DNA of 64,000 nucleotides from the human T2T-CHM13v2.0 reference genome, Homo sapiens. The translations under genes were made by a program, and so were the position numbers. How positions within the stretch are numbered: the stretch's first letter is position 1; each line of letters begins with the position of its first letter. Of this stretch, positions 38,301 to 51,400 are shown in pieces. The notes beneath the pieces are model-generated. The model did not search any database. It was not told the origin of the DNA and saw nothing but the letters and a program-made list of their open reading frames with translations. The stretch lies in the NCBI RefSeq assembly GCF_009914755.1, contig NC_060940.1. One strand, written 5' to 3'.

Positions 38301-41300
38301 ACGGGATTTCTTCATATAATGCTAGAGGGAAGAATTCTTAGTAACTTCTTTGTGTTGTGTGTATTCAACTGACAGAGTTGAACCTTCCTTTAGACAGAGC
38401 AGATTTGAAAGTCTCTTTTTGTGGAATTTGCAAGTGGAGATTTCAAGCGCTTTGAGGCCAAAAGCAGAAAAGGAAATATTTTCCTATAAAAACTCGACAG
38501 AATCTTTCTCAGAAACTGCTCTGTGATGTGTGCGTTCAACTCACAGAGTTTAACTTTTCTTTTCATTCAGCAGTTTGGAAACACTCTGTTTGGAAAGTCT
38601 GCACGTGGATATTTTGACCTCTTTGAGGCCTTCGTTGGAAACGGGTTTTTTTCATGTAAGGCTAGACAGAAGAAATCTCAGTAACTTCCTTGTGTTGTGT
38701 GTATTCAACTGACAGAGTTGAACCTTCCTTTAGACAGAGCAGATTCGAAACACTCTTTTTCTGCAATTTGCAAGTGGAGACTTCAAGCGCTTTGAGGCCA
38801 AAGGCAGAAAAGGAAATATCTTCGTATAAAAACCCGACAGAATCATTCTCAGAAACTGCTCTGTGATGTGTGCGTTCAACTCACAGAGTTTAACTTTTCT
38901 TTTCATTCAGCAGTTTGGAAACACTCTGTTAAGTCTGCAAGTGGATATCTTGGCCTCTTAGAGGCCTTCGTTGGAAACGGGTTTTTTCATGTAAGGTTAG
39001 ACAGAGGAATTCCCAGTAACTTCCTTGTGTTGTGTGCATTCAACTCACAGAGTTGAATGATTCTTTACACAGAGCAGATTTGAGACACTCTTTTGGTGGA
39101 ATTTGTAAGTGGAGAATTCAGCCGCTTTGAGGTCAACGGTAGAAAAGGAAATATCTTCGTATAAAAACTAGACAGAATGATTCTCAGAAACTGTTTTGTG
39201 ATGTGTGCGTTCAACTCACAGAGTTTAACCTTTCTTTTCAAAGAGCAGTTAGGAAACACTCTGTTTGTAAAGTCTGCAAGTGGATATTCAGACCTCTTTG
39301 AGGCCTTCGTTGGAAACGGGATTTCTTCATATTATGCTAGACAGATGAATTCTCAGTAACTTCCTTGTGTTGTGTGTATTCAACTCACAGAGTTGAACGA
39401 TCCTTTACACAGAGCAGATTTGAAACACTGTTTTTCTGGAATTTGCAAGTGGAGATTTCAGCCGCTTTGAGGTCAATGGTAGAAAAGGAAATATCTTCGT
39501 ATAAAAACTAGACAGAATGATTCTCAGAAACTCCTTTGTGATGTGTGCGTTCAACTCACAGAGTTTAACCTTTCTTTTCACAGAGCAGTTAGGAAACACT
39601 CTGTTTGTGAAGCCTGCCAGTGGATATTCGGACCTCTTTGAGGCCTTCGTTGGAAACGGGATTTCTTCATATTATGCTAGACAGAAGATTTCTCAGTAAC
39701 TTCTTTGTGTTGTGTGTATGCAACTCACAGAGTTCAACCTTCCTTTAGACAGAGCAGATTTGAAACACTCTTTTTGTGGAATTTGCAAGTGGAGATTTCA
39801 AGCGCTTCGATGCCAATGGTAGAAAAGGAAATATCTTCGTATAAAAACAAGACAAACTCGTTCCCAGACACTGCGTAGTGATGTGTGTGTTTAACTCACA
39901 GAGTTTAACCTTTCTTTTCATACAGCATTCTGGAAACCCTGTGTTTGTAAAGTCTGCAAGTGGATATTTGGACCTCTTAGATGCCTTCGTTGGAAACGGG
40001 ATTTCTTCATATAATGCTAGAGGGAAGAATTCTTAGTAACTTCTTTGTGTTGTGTGTATTCAACTGACAGAGTTGAACCTTCCTTTAGACAGAGCAGATT
40101 TGAAAGTCTCTTTTTGTGGAATTTGCAAGTGGAGATTTCAAGCGCTTTGAGGCCAAAAGCAGAAAAGGAAATATTTTCCTATAAAAACTCGACAGAATCT
40201 TTCTCAGAAACTGCTCTGGGATGTGTGCGTTCAACTCACAGAGTTTAACTTTTCTTTTCATTCAGCAGTTTGGAAACACTCTGTTTGGAAAGTCTGCACG
40301 TGGATATTTTGACCTCTTTGAGGCCTTCGTTGGAAACGGGTTTTTTTCATGTAAGGCTAGACAGAAGAAATCTCAGTAACTTCCTTGTGTTGTGTGTATT
40401 CAACTGACAGAGTTGAACCTTCCTTTAGACAGAGCAGATTCGAAACACTCTTTTTCTGCAATTTGCAAGTGGAGACTTCAAGCGCTTTGAGGCCAAAGGC
40501 AGAAAAGGAAATATCTTCGTATAAAAACCCGACAGAATCATTCTCAGAAACTGCTCTGTGATGTGTGCGTTCAACTCACAGAGTTTAACTTTTCTTTTCA
40601 TTCAGCAGTTTGGAAACACTCTGTTTGTAAAGTCTGCAAGTGGATATCTTGGCCTCTTAGAGGCCTTCGTTGGAAACGGGTTTTTTCATTTAAGGTTAGA
40701 CAGAGGAATTCCCAGTAACTTCCTTGTGTTGTGTGCATTCAACTCACAGAGTTGAATGATTCTTTACACAGAGCAGATTTGAGACACTCTTTTGGTGGAA
40801 TTTGTAAGTGGAGAATTCAGCCGCTTTGAGGTCAACGGTAGAAAAGGAAATATCTTCGTATAAAAACTAGACAGAATGATTCTCAGAAACTGTTTTGTGA
40901 TGTGTGCTTTCAACTCACAGAGTTTAACCTTTCTTTTCAAAGAGCAGTTAGGAAACACTCTGTTTGTAAAGTCTGCAAGTGGATATTCAGACCTCTTTGA
41001 GGCCTTCGTTGGAAACGGGATTTCTTCATATTATGCTAGACAGATGAATTCTCAGTAACTTCCTTGTGTTGTGTGTATTCAACTCACAGAGTTGAACGAT
41101 CCTTTACACAGAGCAGATTTGAAACACTGTTTTTCTGGAATTTGCAAGTGGAGATTTCAGCCGCTTTGAGGTCAATGGTAGAAAAGGAAATATCTTCGTA
41201 TAAAAACTAGACAGAATGATTCTCAGAAACTCCTTTGTGATGTGTGCGTTCAACTCACAGAGTTTAACCTTTCTTTTCACAGAGCAGTTAGGAAACACTC

Positions 41301-41329
41301 TGTTTGTGAAGCCTGCCAGTGGATATTCA

Positions 41330-44300
41330 GACCTCTTTGAGGCCTTCGTTGGAAACGGGATTTCTTCATATTATGCTAGACAGAAGATTTCTCAGTAACT
41401 TCTTTGTGTTGTGTGTATGCAACTCACAGAGTTCAACCTTCCTTTAGACAGAGCAGATTTGAAACACTCTTTTTGTGGAATTTGCAAGTGGAGATTTCAA
41501 GCGCTTCGATGCCAATGGTAGAAAAGGAAATATCTTCGTATAAAAACAAGACAAACTCGTTCCCAGACACTGCGTAGTGATGTGTGTGTTTAACTCACAG
41601 AGTTTCACCTTTCTTTTCATACAGCATTCTGGAAACCCTGTGTTTGTAAAGTCTGCAAGTGGATATTTGGACCTCTTAGATGCCTTCGTTGGAAACGGGA
41701 TTTCTTCATATAATGCTAGAGGGAAGAATTCTTAGTAACTTCTTTGTGTTGTGTGTATTCAACTGACAGAGTTGAACCTTCCTTTAGACAGAGCAGATTT
41801 GAAAGTCTCTTTTTGTGGAATTTGCAAGTGGAGATTTCAAGCGCTTTGAGGCCAAAAGCAGAAAAGGAAATATTTTCCTATAAAAACTCGACAGAATCTT
41901 TCTCAGAAACTGCTCTGGGATGTGTGCGTTCAACTCACAGAGTTTAACTTTTCTTTTCATTCAGCAGTTTGGAAACACTCTGTTTGGAAAGTCTGCACGT
42001 GGATATTTTGACCTCTTTGAGGCCTTCGTTGGAAACGGGTTTTTTTCATGTAAGGCTAGACAGAAGAAATCTCAGTAACTTCCTTGTGTTGTGTGTATTC
42101 AACTGACAGAGTTGAACCTTCCTTTAGACAGAGCAGATTCGAAACACTCTTTTTCTGCAATTTGCAAGTGGAGACTTCAAGCGCTTTGAGGCCAAAGGCA
42201 GAAAAGGAAATATCTTCGTATAAAAACCCGACAGAATCATTCTCAGAAACTGCTCTGTGATGTGTGCGTTCAACTCACAGAGTTTAACTTTTCTTTTCAT
42301 TCAGCAGTTTGGAAACACTCTGTTTGTAAAGTCTGCAAGTGGATATCTTGGCCTCTTAGAGGCCTTCGTTGGAAGCGGGTTTTTTCATGTAAGGTTAGAC
42401 AGAGGAATTCCCAGTAACTTCCTTGTGTTGTGTGCATTCAACTCACAGAGTTGAATGATTCTTTACACAGAGCAGATTTGAGACACTCTTTTGGTGGAAT
42501 TTGTAAGTGGAGAATTCAGCCGCTTTGAGGTCAACGGTAGAAAAGGAAATATCTTCGTATAAAAACTAGACAGAATGATTCTCAGAAACTGTTTTGTGAT
42601 GTGTGCGTTCAACTCACAGAGTTTAACCTTTCTTTTCAAAGAGCAGTTAGGAAACACTCTGTTTGTAAAGTCTGCAAGTGGATATTCAGACCTCTTTGAG
42701 GCCTTCGTTGGAAACGGGATTTCTTCATATTATGCTAGACAGATGAATTCTCAGTAACTTCCTTGTGTTGTGTGTATTCAACTCACAGAGTTGAACGATC
42801 CTTTACACAGAGCAGATTTGAAACACTGTTTTTCTGGAATTTGCAAGTGGAGATTTCAGCCGCTTTGAGGTCAATGGTAGAAAAGGAAATATCTTCGTAT
42901 AAAAACTGGACAGAATGATTCTCAGAAACTCCTTTGTGATGTGTGCGTTCAACTCACAGAGTTTAACCTTTCTTTTCACAGAGCAGTTAGGAAACACTCT
43001 GTTTGTGAAGCCTGCCAGTGGATATTCGGACCTCTTTGAGGCCTTCGTTGGAAACGGGATTTCTTCATATTATGCTAGACAGAAGATTTCTCAGTAACTT
43101 CTTTGTGTTGTGTGTATGCAACTCACAGAGTTCAACCTTCCTTTAGACAGAGCAGATTTGAAACACTCTTTTTGTGGAATTTGCAAGTGGAGATTTCAAG
43201 CGCTTCGATGCCAATGGTAGAAAAGGAAATATCTTCGTAGAAAAACAAGACAAACTCGTTCCCAGACACTGCGTAGTGATGTGTGTGTTTAACTCACAGA
43301 GTTTAACCTTTCTTTTCATACAGCATTCTGGAAACCCTCTGTTTGTAAAGTCTGCAAGTGGATATTTGGACCTCTTAGATGCCTTCGTTGGAAACGGGAT
43401 TTCTTCATATAATGCTAGAGGGAAGAATTCTTAGTAACTTCTTTGTGTTGTGTGTATTCAACTGACAGAGTTGAACCTTCCTTTAGACAGAGCAGATTTG
43501 AAAGTCTCTTTTTGTGGAATTTGCAAGTGGAGATTTCAAGCGCTTTGAGGCCAAAAGCAGAAAAGGAAATATTTTCCTATAAAAATTAGACAGAATCTTT
43601 CTCAGAAACTGCTCTGGGATGTGTGCGTTCAACTCACAGAGTTTAACTTTTCTTTTCATTCAGCAGTTTGGAAACACTCTGTTTGGAAAGTCTGCACGTG
43701 GATATTTTGACCTCTTTGAGGCCTTCGTTGGAAACGGGTTTTTTTCATGTAAGGCTAGACAGAAGAAATCTCAGTAACTTCCTTGTGTTGTGTGTATTCA
43801 ACTGACAGAGTTGAACCTTCCTTTAGACAGAGCAGATTCGAAACACTCTTTTTCTGCAATTTGCAAGTGGAGACTTCAAGCGCTTTGAGGCCAAAGGCAG
43901 AAAAGGAAATATCTTCGTAGAAAAACCCGACAGAATCATTCTCAGAAACTGCTCTGTGATGTGTGCGTTCAACTCACAGAGTTTAACTTTTCTTTTCATT
44001 CAACAGTTTGGAAACACTCTGTTTGTAAAGTCTGCAAGTGGATATCTTGGCCTCTTAGAGGCCTTCGTTGGAAACGGGTTTTTTCATTTAAGGTTAGACA
44101 GAGGAATTCCCAGTAACTTCCTTGTGTTGTGTGCATTCAACTCACAGAGTTGAATGATTCTTTACACAGAGCAGATTTGAGACACTCTTTTGGTGGAATT
44201 TGTAAGTGGAGAATTCAGCCGCTTTGAGGTCAACGGTAGAAAAGGAAATATCTTCGTATAAAATCTAGACAGAATGATTCTCAGAAACTGTTTTTTGATG

Positions 44301-47300
44301 TGTGCGTTCAACTCACAGAGTTTAACCTTTCTTTTCAAAGAGCAGTTAGGAAACACTCTGTTTGTAAAGTCTGCAAGTGGATATTCAGACCTCTTTGAGG
44401 CCTTCGTTGGAAACGGGATTTCTTCATATTATGCTAGACAGATGAATTCTCAGTAACTTCCTTGTGTTGTGTGTATTCAACTCACAGAGTTGAACGATCC
44501 TTTACACAGAGCAGATTTGAAACATTGTTTTTCTGGAAATTGCAAGTGGAGATTTCAGCCGCTTTGAGGTCAATGGTAGAAAAGGAAATATCTTCGTATA
44601 AAAACTAGACAGAATGATTCTCAGAAACTCCTTTGTGATGTGTGCGTTCAACTCACAGAGTTTAACCTTTCTTTTCACAGAGCAGTTAGGAAACACTCTG
44701 TTTGTGAAGCCTGCCAGTGGATATTCGGACCTCTTTGAGGCCTTCGTTGGAAACGGGATTTCTTCATATTATGCTAGACAGAAGATTTCTCAGTAACTTC
44801 TTTGTGTTGTGTGTATGCAACTCACAGAGTTCAACCTTCCTTTAGACAGAGCAGATTTGAAACACTCTTTTTGTGGAATTTGCAAGTGGAGATTTCAAGC
44901 GCTTCGATGCCAATGGTAGAAAAGGAAATATCTTCGTATAAAAACAAGACAAACTCGTTCCCAGACACTGCGTAGTGATGTGTGTGTTTAACTCACAGAG
45001 TTTCACCTTTCTTTTCATACAGCATTCTGGAAACCCTGTGTTTGTAAAGTCTGCAAGTGGATATTTGGACCTCTTAGATGCCTTCGTTGGAAACGGGATT
45101 TCTTCATATAATGCTAGAGGGAAGAATTCTTAGTAACTTCTTTGTGTTGTGTGTATTCAACTGACAGAGTTGAACCTTCCTTTAGACAGAGCAGATTTGA
45201 AAGTCTCTTTTTGTGGAATTTGCAAGTGGAGATTTCAAGCGCTTTGAGGCCAAAAGCAGAAAAGGAAATATTTTCCTATAAAAACTCGACAGAATCTTTC
45301 TCAGAAACTGCTCTGGGATGTGTGCGTTCAACTCACAGAGTTTAACTTTTCTTTTCATTCAGCAGTTTGGAAACACTCTGTTTGGAAAGTCTGCACGTGG
45401 ATATTTTGACCTCTTTGAGGCCTTCGTTGGAAACGGGTTTTTTTCATGTAAGGCTAGACAGAAGAAATCTCAGTAACTTCCTTGTGTTGTGTGTATTCAA
45501 CTGACAGAGTTGAACCTTCCTTTAGACAGAGCAGATTCGAAACACTCTTTTTCTGCAATTTGCAAGTGGAGACTTCAAGCGCTTTGAGGCCAAAGGCAGA
45601 AAAGGAAATATCTTCGTATAAAAACCCGACAGAATCATTCTCAGAAACTGCTCTGTGATGTGTGCGTTCAACTCACAGAGTTTAACTTTTCTTTTCATTC
45701 AGCAGTTTGGAAACACTCTGTTTGTAAAGTCTGCAAGTGGATATCTTGGCCTCTTAGAGGCCTTCGTTGGAAGCGGGTTTTTTCATGTAAGGTTAGACAG
45801 AGGAATTCCCAGTAACTTCCTTGTGTTGTGTGCATTCAACTCACAGAGTTGAATGATTCTTTACACAGAGCAGATTTGAGACACTCTTTTGGTGGAATTT
45901 GTAAGTGGAGAATTCAGCCGCTTTGAGGTCAACGGTAGAAAAGGAAATATCTTCGTATAAAAACTAGACAGAATGATTCTCAGAAACTGTTTTGTGATGT
46001 GTGCGTTCAACTCACAGAGTTTAACCTTTCTTTTCAAAGAGCAGTTAGGAAACACTCTGTTTGTAAAGTCTGCAAGTGGATATTCAGACCTCTTTGAGGC
46101 CTTCGTTGGAAACGGGATTTCTTCATATTATGCTAGACAGATGAATTCTCAGTAACTTCCTTGTGTTGTGTGTATTCAACTCACAGAGTTGAACGATCCT
46201 TTACACAGAGCAGATTTGAAACACTGTTTTTCTGGAATTTGCAAGTGGAGATTTCAGCCGCTTTGAGGTCAATGGTAGAAAAGGAAATATCTTCGTATAA
46301 AAACTGGACAGAATGATTCTCAGAAACTCCTTTGTGATGTGTGCGTTCAACTCACAGAGTTTAACCTTTCTTTTCACAGAGCAGTTAGGAAACACTCTGT
46401 TTGTGAAGCCTGCCAGTGGATATTCGGACCTCTTTGAGGCCTTCGTTGGAAACGGGATTTCTTCATATTATGCTAGACAGAAGATTTCTCAGTAACTTCT
46501 TTGTGTTGTGTGTATGCAACTCACAGAGTTCAACCTTCCTTTAGACAGAGCAGATTTGAAACACTCTTTTTGTGGAATTTGCAAGTGGAGATTTCAAGCG
46601 CTTCGATGCCAATGGTAGAAAAGGAAATATCTTCGTAGAAAAACAAGACAAACTCGTTCCCAGACACTGCGTAGTGATGTGTGTGTTTAACTCACAGAGT
46701 TTAACCTTTCTTTTCATACAGCATTCTGGAAACCCTCTGTTTGTAAAGTCTGCAAGTGGATATTTGGACCTCTTAGATGCCTTCGTTGGAAACGGGATTT
46801 CTTCATATAATGCTAGAGGGAAGAATTCTTAGTAACTTCTTTGTGTTGTGTGTATTCAACTGACAGAGTTGAACCTTCCTTTAGACAGAGCAGATTTGAA
46901 AGTCTCTTTTTGTGGAATTTGCAAGTGGAGATTTCAAGCGCTTTGAGGCCAAAAGCAGAAAAGGAAATATTTTCCTATAAAAATTAGACAGAATCTTTCT
47001 CAGAAACTGCTCTGGGATGTGTGCGTTCAACTCACAGAGTTTAACTTTTCTTTTCATTCAGCAGTTTGGAAACACTCTGTTTGGAAAGTCTGCACGTGGA
47101 TATTTTGACCTCTTTGAGGCCTTCGTTGGAAACGGGTTTTTTTCATGTAAGGCTAGACAGAAGAAATCTCAGTAACTTCCTTGTGTTGTGTGTATTCAAC
47201 TGACAGAGTTGAACCTTCCTTTAGACAGAGCAGATTCGAAACACTCTTTTTCTGCAATTTGCAAGTGGAGACTTCAAGCGCTTTGAGGCCAAAGGCAGAA

Positions 47301-48220
47301 AAGGAAATATCTTCGTAGAAAAACCCGACAGAATCATTCTCAGAAACTGCTCTGTGATGTGTGCGTTCAACTCACAGAGTTTAACTTTTCTTTTCATTCA
47401 ACAGTTTGGAAACACTCTGTTTGTAAAGTCTGCAAGTGGATATCTTGGCCTCTTAGAGGCCTTCGTTGGAAACGGGTTTTTTCATTTAAGGTTAGACAGA
47501 GGAATTCCCAGTAACTTCCTTGTGTTGTGTGCATTCAACTCACAGAGTTGAATGATTCTTTACACAGAGCAGATTTGAGACACTCTTTTGGTGGAATTTG
47601 TAAGTGGAGAATTCAGCCGCTTTGAGGTCAACGGTAGAAAAGGAAATATCTTCGTATAAAATCTAGACAGAATGATTCTCAGAAACTGTTTTTTGATGTG
47701 TGCGTTCAACTCACAGAGTTTAACCTTTCTTTTCAAAGAGCAGTTAGGAAACACTCTGTTTGTAAAGTCTGCAAGTGGATATTCAGACCTCTTTGAGGCC
47801 TTCGTTGGAAACGGGATTTCTTCATATTATGCTAGACAGATGAATTCTCAGTAACTTCCTTGTGTTGTGTGTATTCAACTCACAGAGTTGAACGATCCTT
47901 TACACAGAGCAGATTTGAAACATTGTTTTTCTGGAAATTGCAAGTGGAGATTTCAGCCGCTTTGAGGTCAATGGTAGAAAAGGAAATATCTTCGTATAAA
48001 AACTAGACAGAATGATTCTCAGAAACTCCTTTGTGATGTGTGCGTTCAACTCACAGAGTTTAACCTTTCTTTTCACAGAGCAGTTAGGAAACACTCTGTT
48101 TGTGAAGCCTGCCAGTGGATATTCGGACCTCTTTGAGGCCTTCGTTGGAAACGGGATTTCTTCATATTATGCTAGACAGAAGATTTCTCAGTAACTTCTT
48201 TGTGTTGTGTGTATGCAACT
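41330..48220 (+). repeat. Tandem duplication of a 2-HOR unit (3398-bp period)
   Basis: Paired SNVs: AAACTGGAC (~42908/46306), AAAATTAGAC, CGTAGAAAAACCCG, TTCAACAG, AACATTG...GGAAATTG, GGAAGCGGG. Bounded by mismatches at 41329/44727 and 44823/48221. Confidence 0.88.
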
Positions 48221-48436
48221 TACAGAGTTCAACCTTCCTTTAGAGAGAGCATATTTGAAACACTCTTTTTGTGGAATTTGCAAGTGGAGATTTCAAGCGC
48301 TTCGATGCAAATGGTAGAAAAGGAAATATCTTCGTAGAAAAACAAGACAAACTCGTTCCCAGACACTGCGTAGTGATGTGTGTGTTTAACTCACAGAGTT
48401 TAACCTTTCTTTTCATACAGCATTCTGGAAACCCTG

Positions 48437-51400
48437 TGTTTGTAAAGTCTGCAAGTGGATATTTGGACCTCTTAGATGCCTTCGTTGGAAACGGGATTTC
48501 TTCATATAATGCTAGAGGGAAGAATTGTTAGTAACTTCTTTGTGTTGTGTGTATTCAACTGACAGAGTTGAACCTTCCTTTAGACAGAGCAGATTTGAAA
48601 GTCTCTTTTTGTGGAATTTGCAAGTGGAGATTTCAAGCGCTTTGAGGCCAAAAGCAGAAAAGGAAATATTTTCCTATAAAAACTCGACAGAATCATTCTC
48701 AGAAACTGCTCTGTGATGTGTGCGTTCAACTCACAGAGTTTAACTTTTCTTTTCATTCAGCAGTTTGGAAACACTGTTTGGAAAGTCTGCACGTGGATAT
48801 TTTGACCTCTTTGAGGCCTTCGTTGGAAACGGGTTTTTTTCATGTAAGGCTAGACAGAAGAAATCTCAGTAACTTCCTTGTGTTGTGTGTATTCAACTGA
48901 CAGAGTTGAACCTTCCTTTAGACAGAGCAGATTCGAAACACTCTTTTTCTGCAATTTGCAAGTGGAGACTTCAAGCGCTTTGAGGCCAAAGGCAGAAAAG
49001 GAAATATCTTCGTATAAAAACCCGACAGAATCATTCTCAGAAACTGCTCTGTGATGTGTGCGTTCAACTCACAGAGTTTAACTTTTCTTTTCATTCAGCA
49101 GTTTGGAAACACTCTGTTTGTAAAGTCTGCAAGTGGATATCTTGGCCTCTTAGAGGCCTTCGTTGGAAACGGGTTTTTTCATGTAAGGATAGACAGAGGA
49201 ATTCCCAGTAACTTCCTTGTGTTGTGTGCATTCAACTCACAGAGTTGAATGATTCTTTACACAGAGCAGATTTGAGACACTCTTTGGGTGGCATTTGTAA
49301 GTGGAGAATTCAGCCGCTTTGAGGTCAACGGTAGAAAAGGAAATATCTTCGTATAAAATCTAGACAGAATGATTCTCAGAAACTGTTTTTTGATGTGTGC
49401 GTTCAACTCACAGAGTTTAACCTTTCTTTTCAGAGAGCAGTTAGGAAACACTCTGTTTGTAAAGTCTGCAAGTGGATATTCAGACCTCTTTGAGGCCTTC
49501 GTTGGAAACGGGATTTCTTCATATTATGCTAGACAGATGAATTCTCAGTAACTTCCTTGTGTTGTGTGTATTCAACTCACAGAGTTGAACGATCCTTTAC
49601 ACAGAGCAGATTTGAAACACTGTTTTTCTGGAATTTGCAAGTGGAGATTTCAGCCGCTTTGAGGTCAATGGTAGAAAAGGAAATATCTTCGTATAAAAAC
49701 TAGACAGAATGATTCTCAGAAACTCCTTTGTGATGTGTGCGTTCAACTCACAGAGTTTAACCTCTCTTTTCACAGAGCAGTTAGGAAACACTCTGTTTGT
49801 GAAGCCTGCCAGTGGATAATCGGACCTCTTTGAGGCCTTCGTTGGAAACGGGATTTCTTCATATTATGCTAGACAGAAGATTTCTCAGTAACTTCTTTGT
49901 GTTGTGTGTATGCAACTTACAGAGTTCAACCTTCCTTTAGAGAGAGCATATTTGAAACACTCTTTTTGTGGAATTTGCAAGTGGAGATTTCAAGCGCTTC
50001 GATGCAAATGGTAGAAAAGGAAATATCTTCGTAGAAAAACAAGACAAACTCGTTCCCAGACACTGCGTAGTGATGTGTGTGTTTAACTCACAGAGTTTAA
50101 CCTTTCTTTTCATACAGCATTCTGGAAACCCTGTGTTTGTAAAGTCTGCAAGTGGATATTTGGACCTTTTAGATGCCTTCGTTGGAAACGGGATTTCTTC
50201 ATATAATGCTAGAGGGAAGAATTCTTAGTAACTTCTTTGTGTTGTGTGTATTCAACTGACAGAGTTGAACCTTCCTTTAGACAGAGCAGATTTGAAAGTC
50301 TCTTTTTGTGGAATTTGCAAGTGGAGATTTCAAGCGCTTTGAGGCCAAAAGCAGAAAAGGAAATATTTTCCTATAAAAACTCGACAGAATCATTCTCAGG
50401 AACTGCTCTGTGATGTGTGCGTTCAACTCACAGAGTTTAACTTTTCTTTTCATTCAGCAGTTTGGAAACACTGTTTGGAAAGTCTGCACGTGGATATTTT
50501 GACCTCTTTGAGGCCTTCGTTGGAAACGGGTTTTTTTCATGTAAGGCTAGACAGAAGAAATCTCAGTAACTTCCTTGTGTTGTGTGTATTCAACTGACAG
50601 AGTTGAACCTTCCTTTAGACAGAGCAGATTCGAAACACTCTTTTTCTGCAATTTGCAAGTGGAGACTTCAAGCGCTTTGAGGCCAAAGGCAGAAAAGGAA
50701 ATATCTTCGTATAAAAACCCGACAGAATCATTCTCAGAAACTGCTCTGTGATGTGTGCGTTCAACTCACAGAGTTTAACTTTTCTTTTCATTCAGCAGTT
50801 TGGAAACACTCTGTTTGTAAAGTCTGCCAGTGGATATCTTGGCCTCTTAGAGGCCTTCGTTGGAAACGGGTTTTTTCATGTAAGGTTAGACAGAGGAATT
50901 CCCAGTAACTTCCTTGTGTTGTGTGCATTCAACTCACAGAGTTGAATGATTCTTTACACAGAGCAGATTTGAGACACTCTTTTGGTGGAATTTGTAAGTG
51001 GAGAATTCAGCCGCTTTGAGGTCAACGGTAGAAAAGGAAATATCTTCGTATAAAAACTAGACAGAATGATTCTCAGAAACTGTTTTGTGATGTGTGCGTT
51101 CAACTCACAGAGTTTAACCTTTCTTTTCAAAGAGCAGTTAGGAAACACTCTGTTTGTAAAGTCTGCAAGTGGATATTCAGACCTCTTTGAGGCCTTCGTT
51201 GGAAACGGGATTTCTTCATATTATGCTAGACAGATGAATTCTCAGTAACTTCCTTGTGTTGTGTGTATTCAACTCACAGAGTTGAACGATCCTTTACACA
51301 GAGCAGATTTGAAACACTGTTTTTCTGGAATTTGCAAGTGGAGATTTCAGCCGCTTTGAGGTCAATGGTAGAAAAGGAAATATCTTCGTATAAAAACTAG

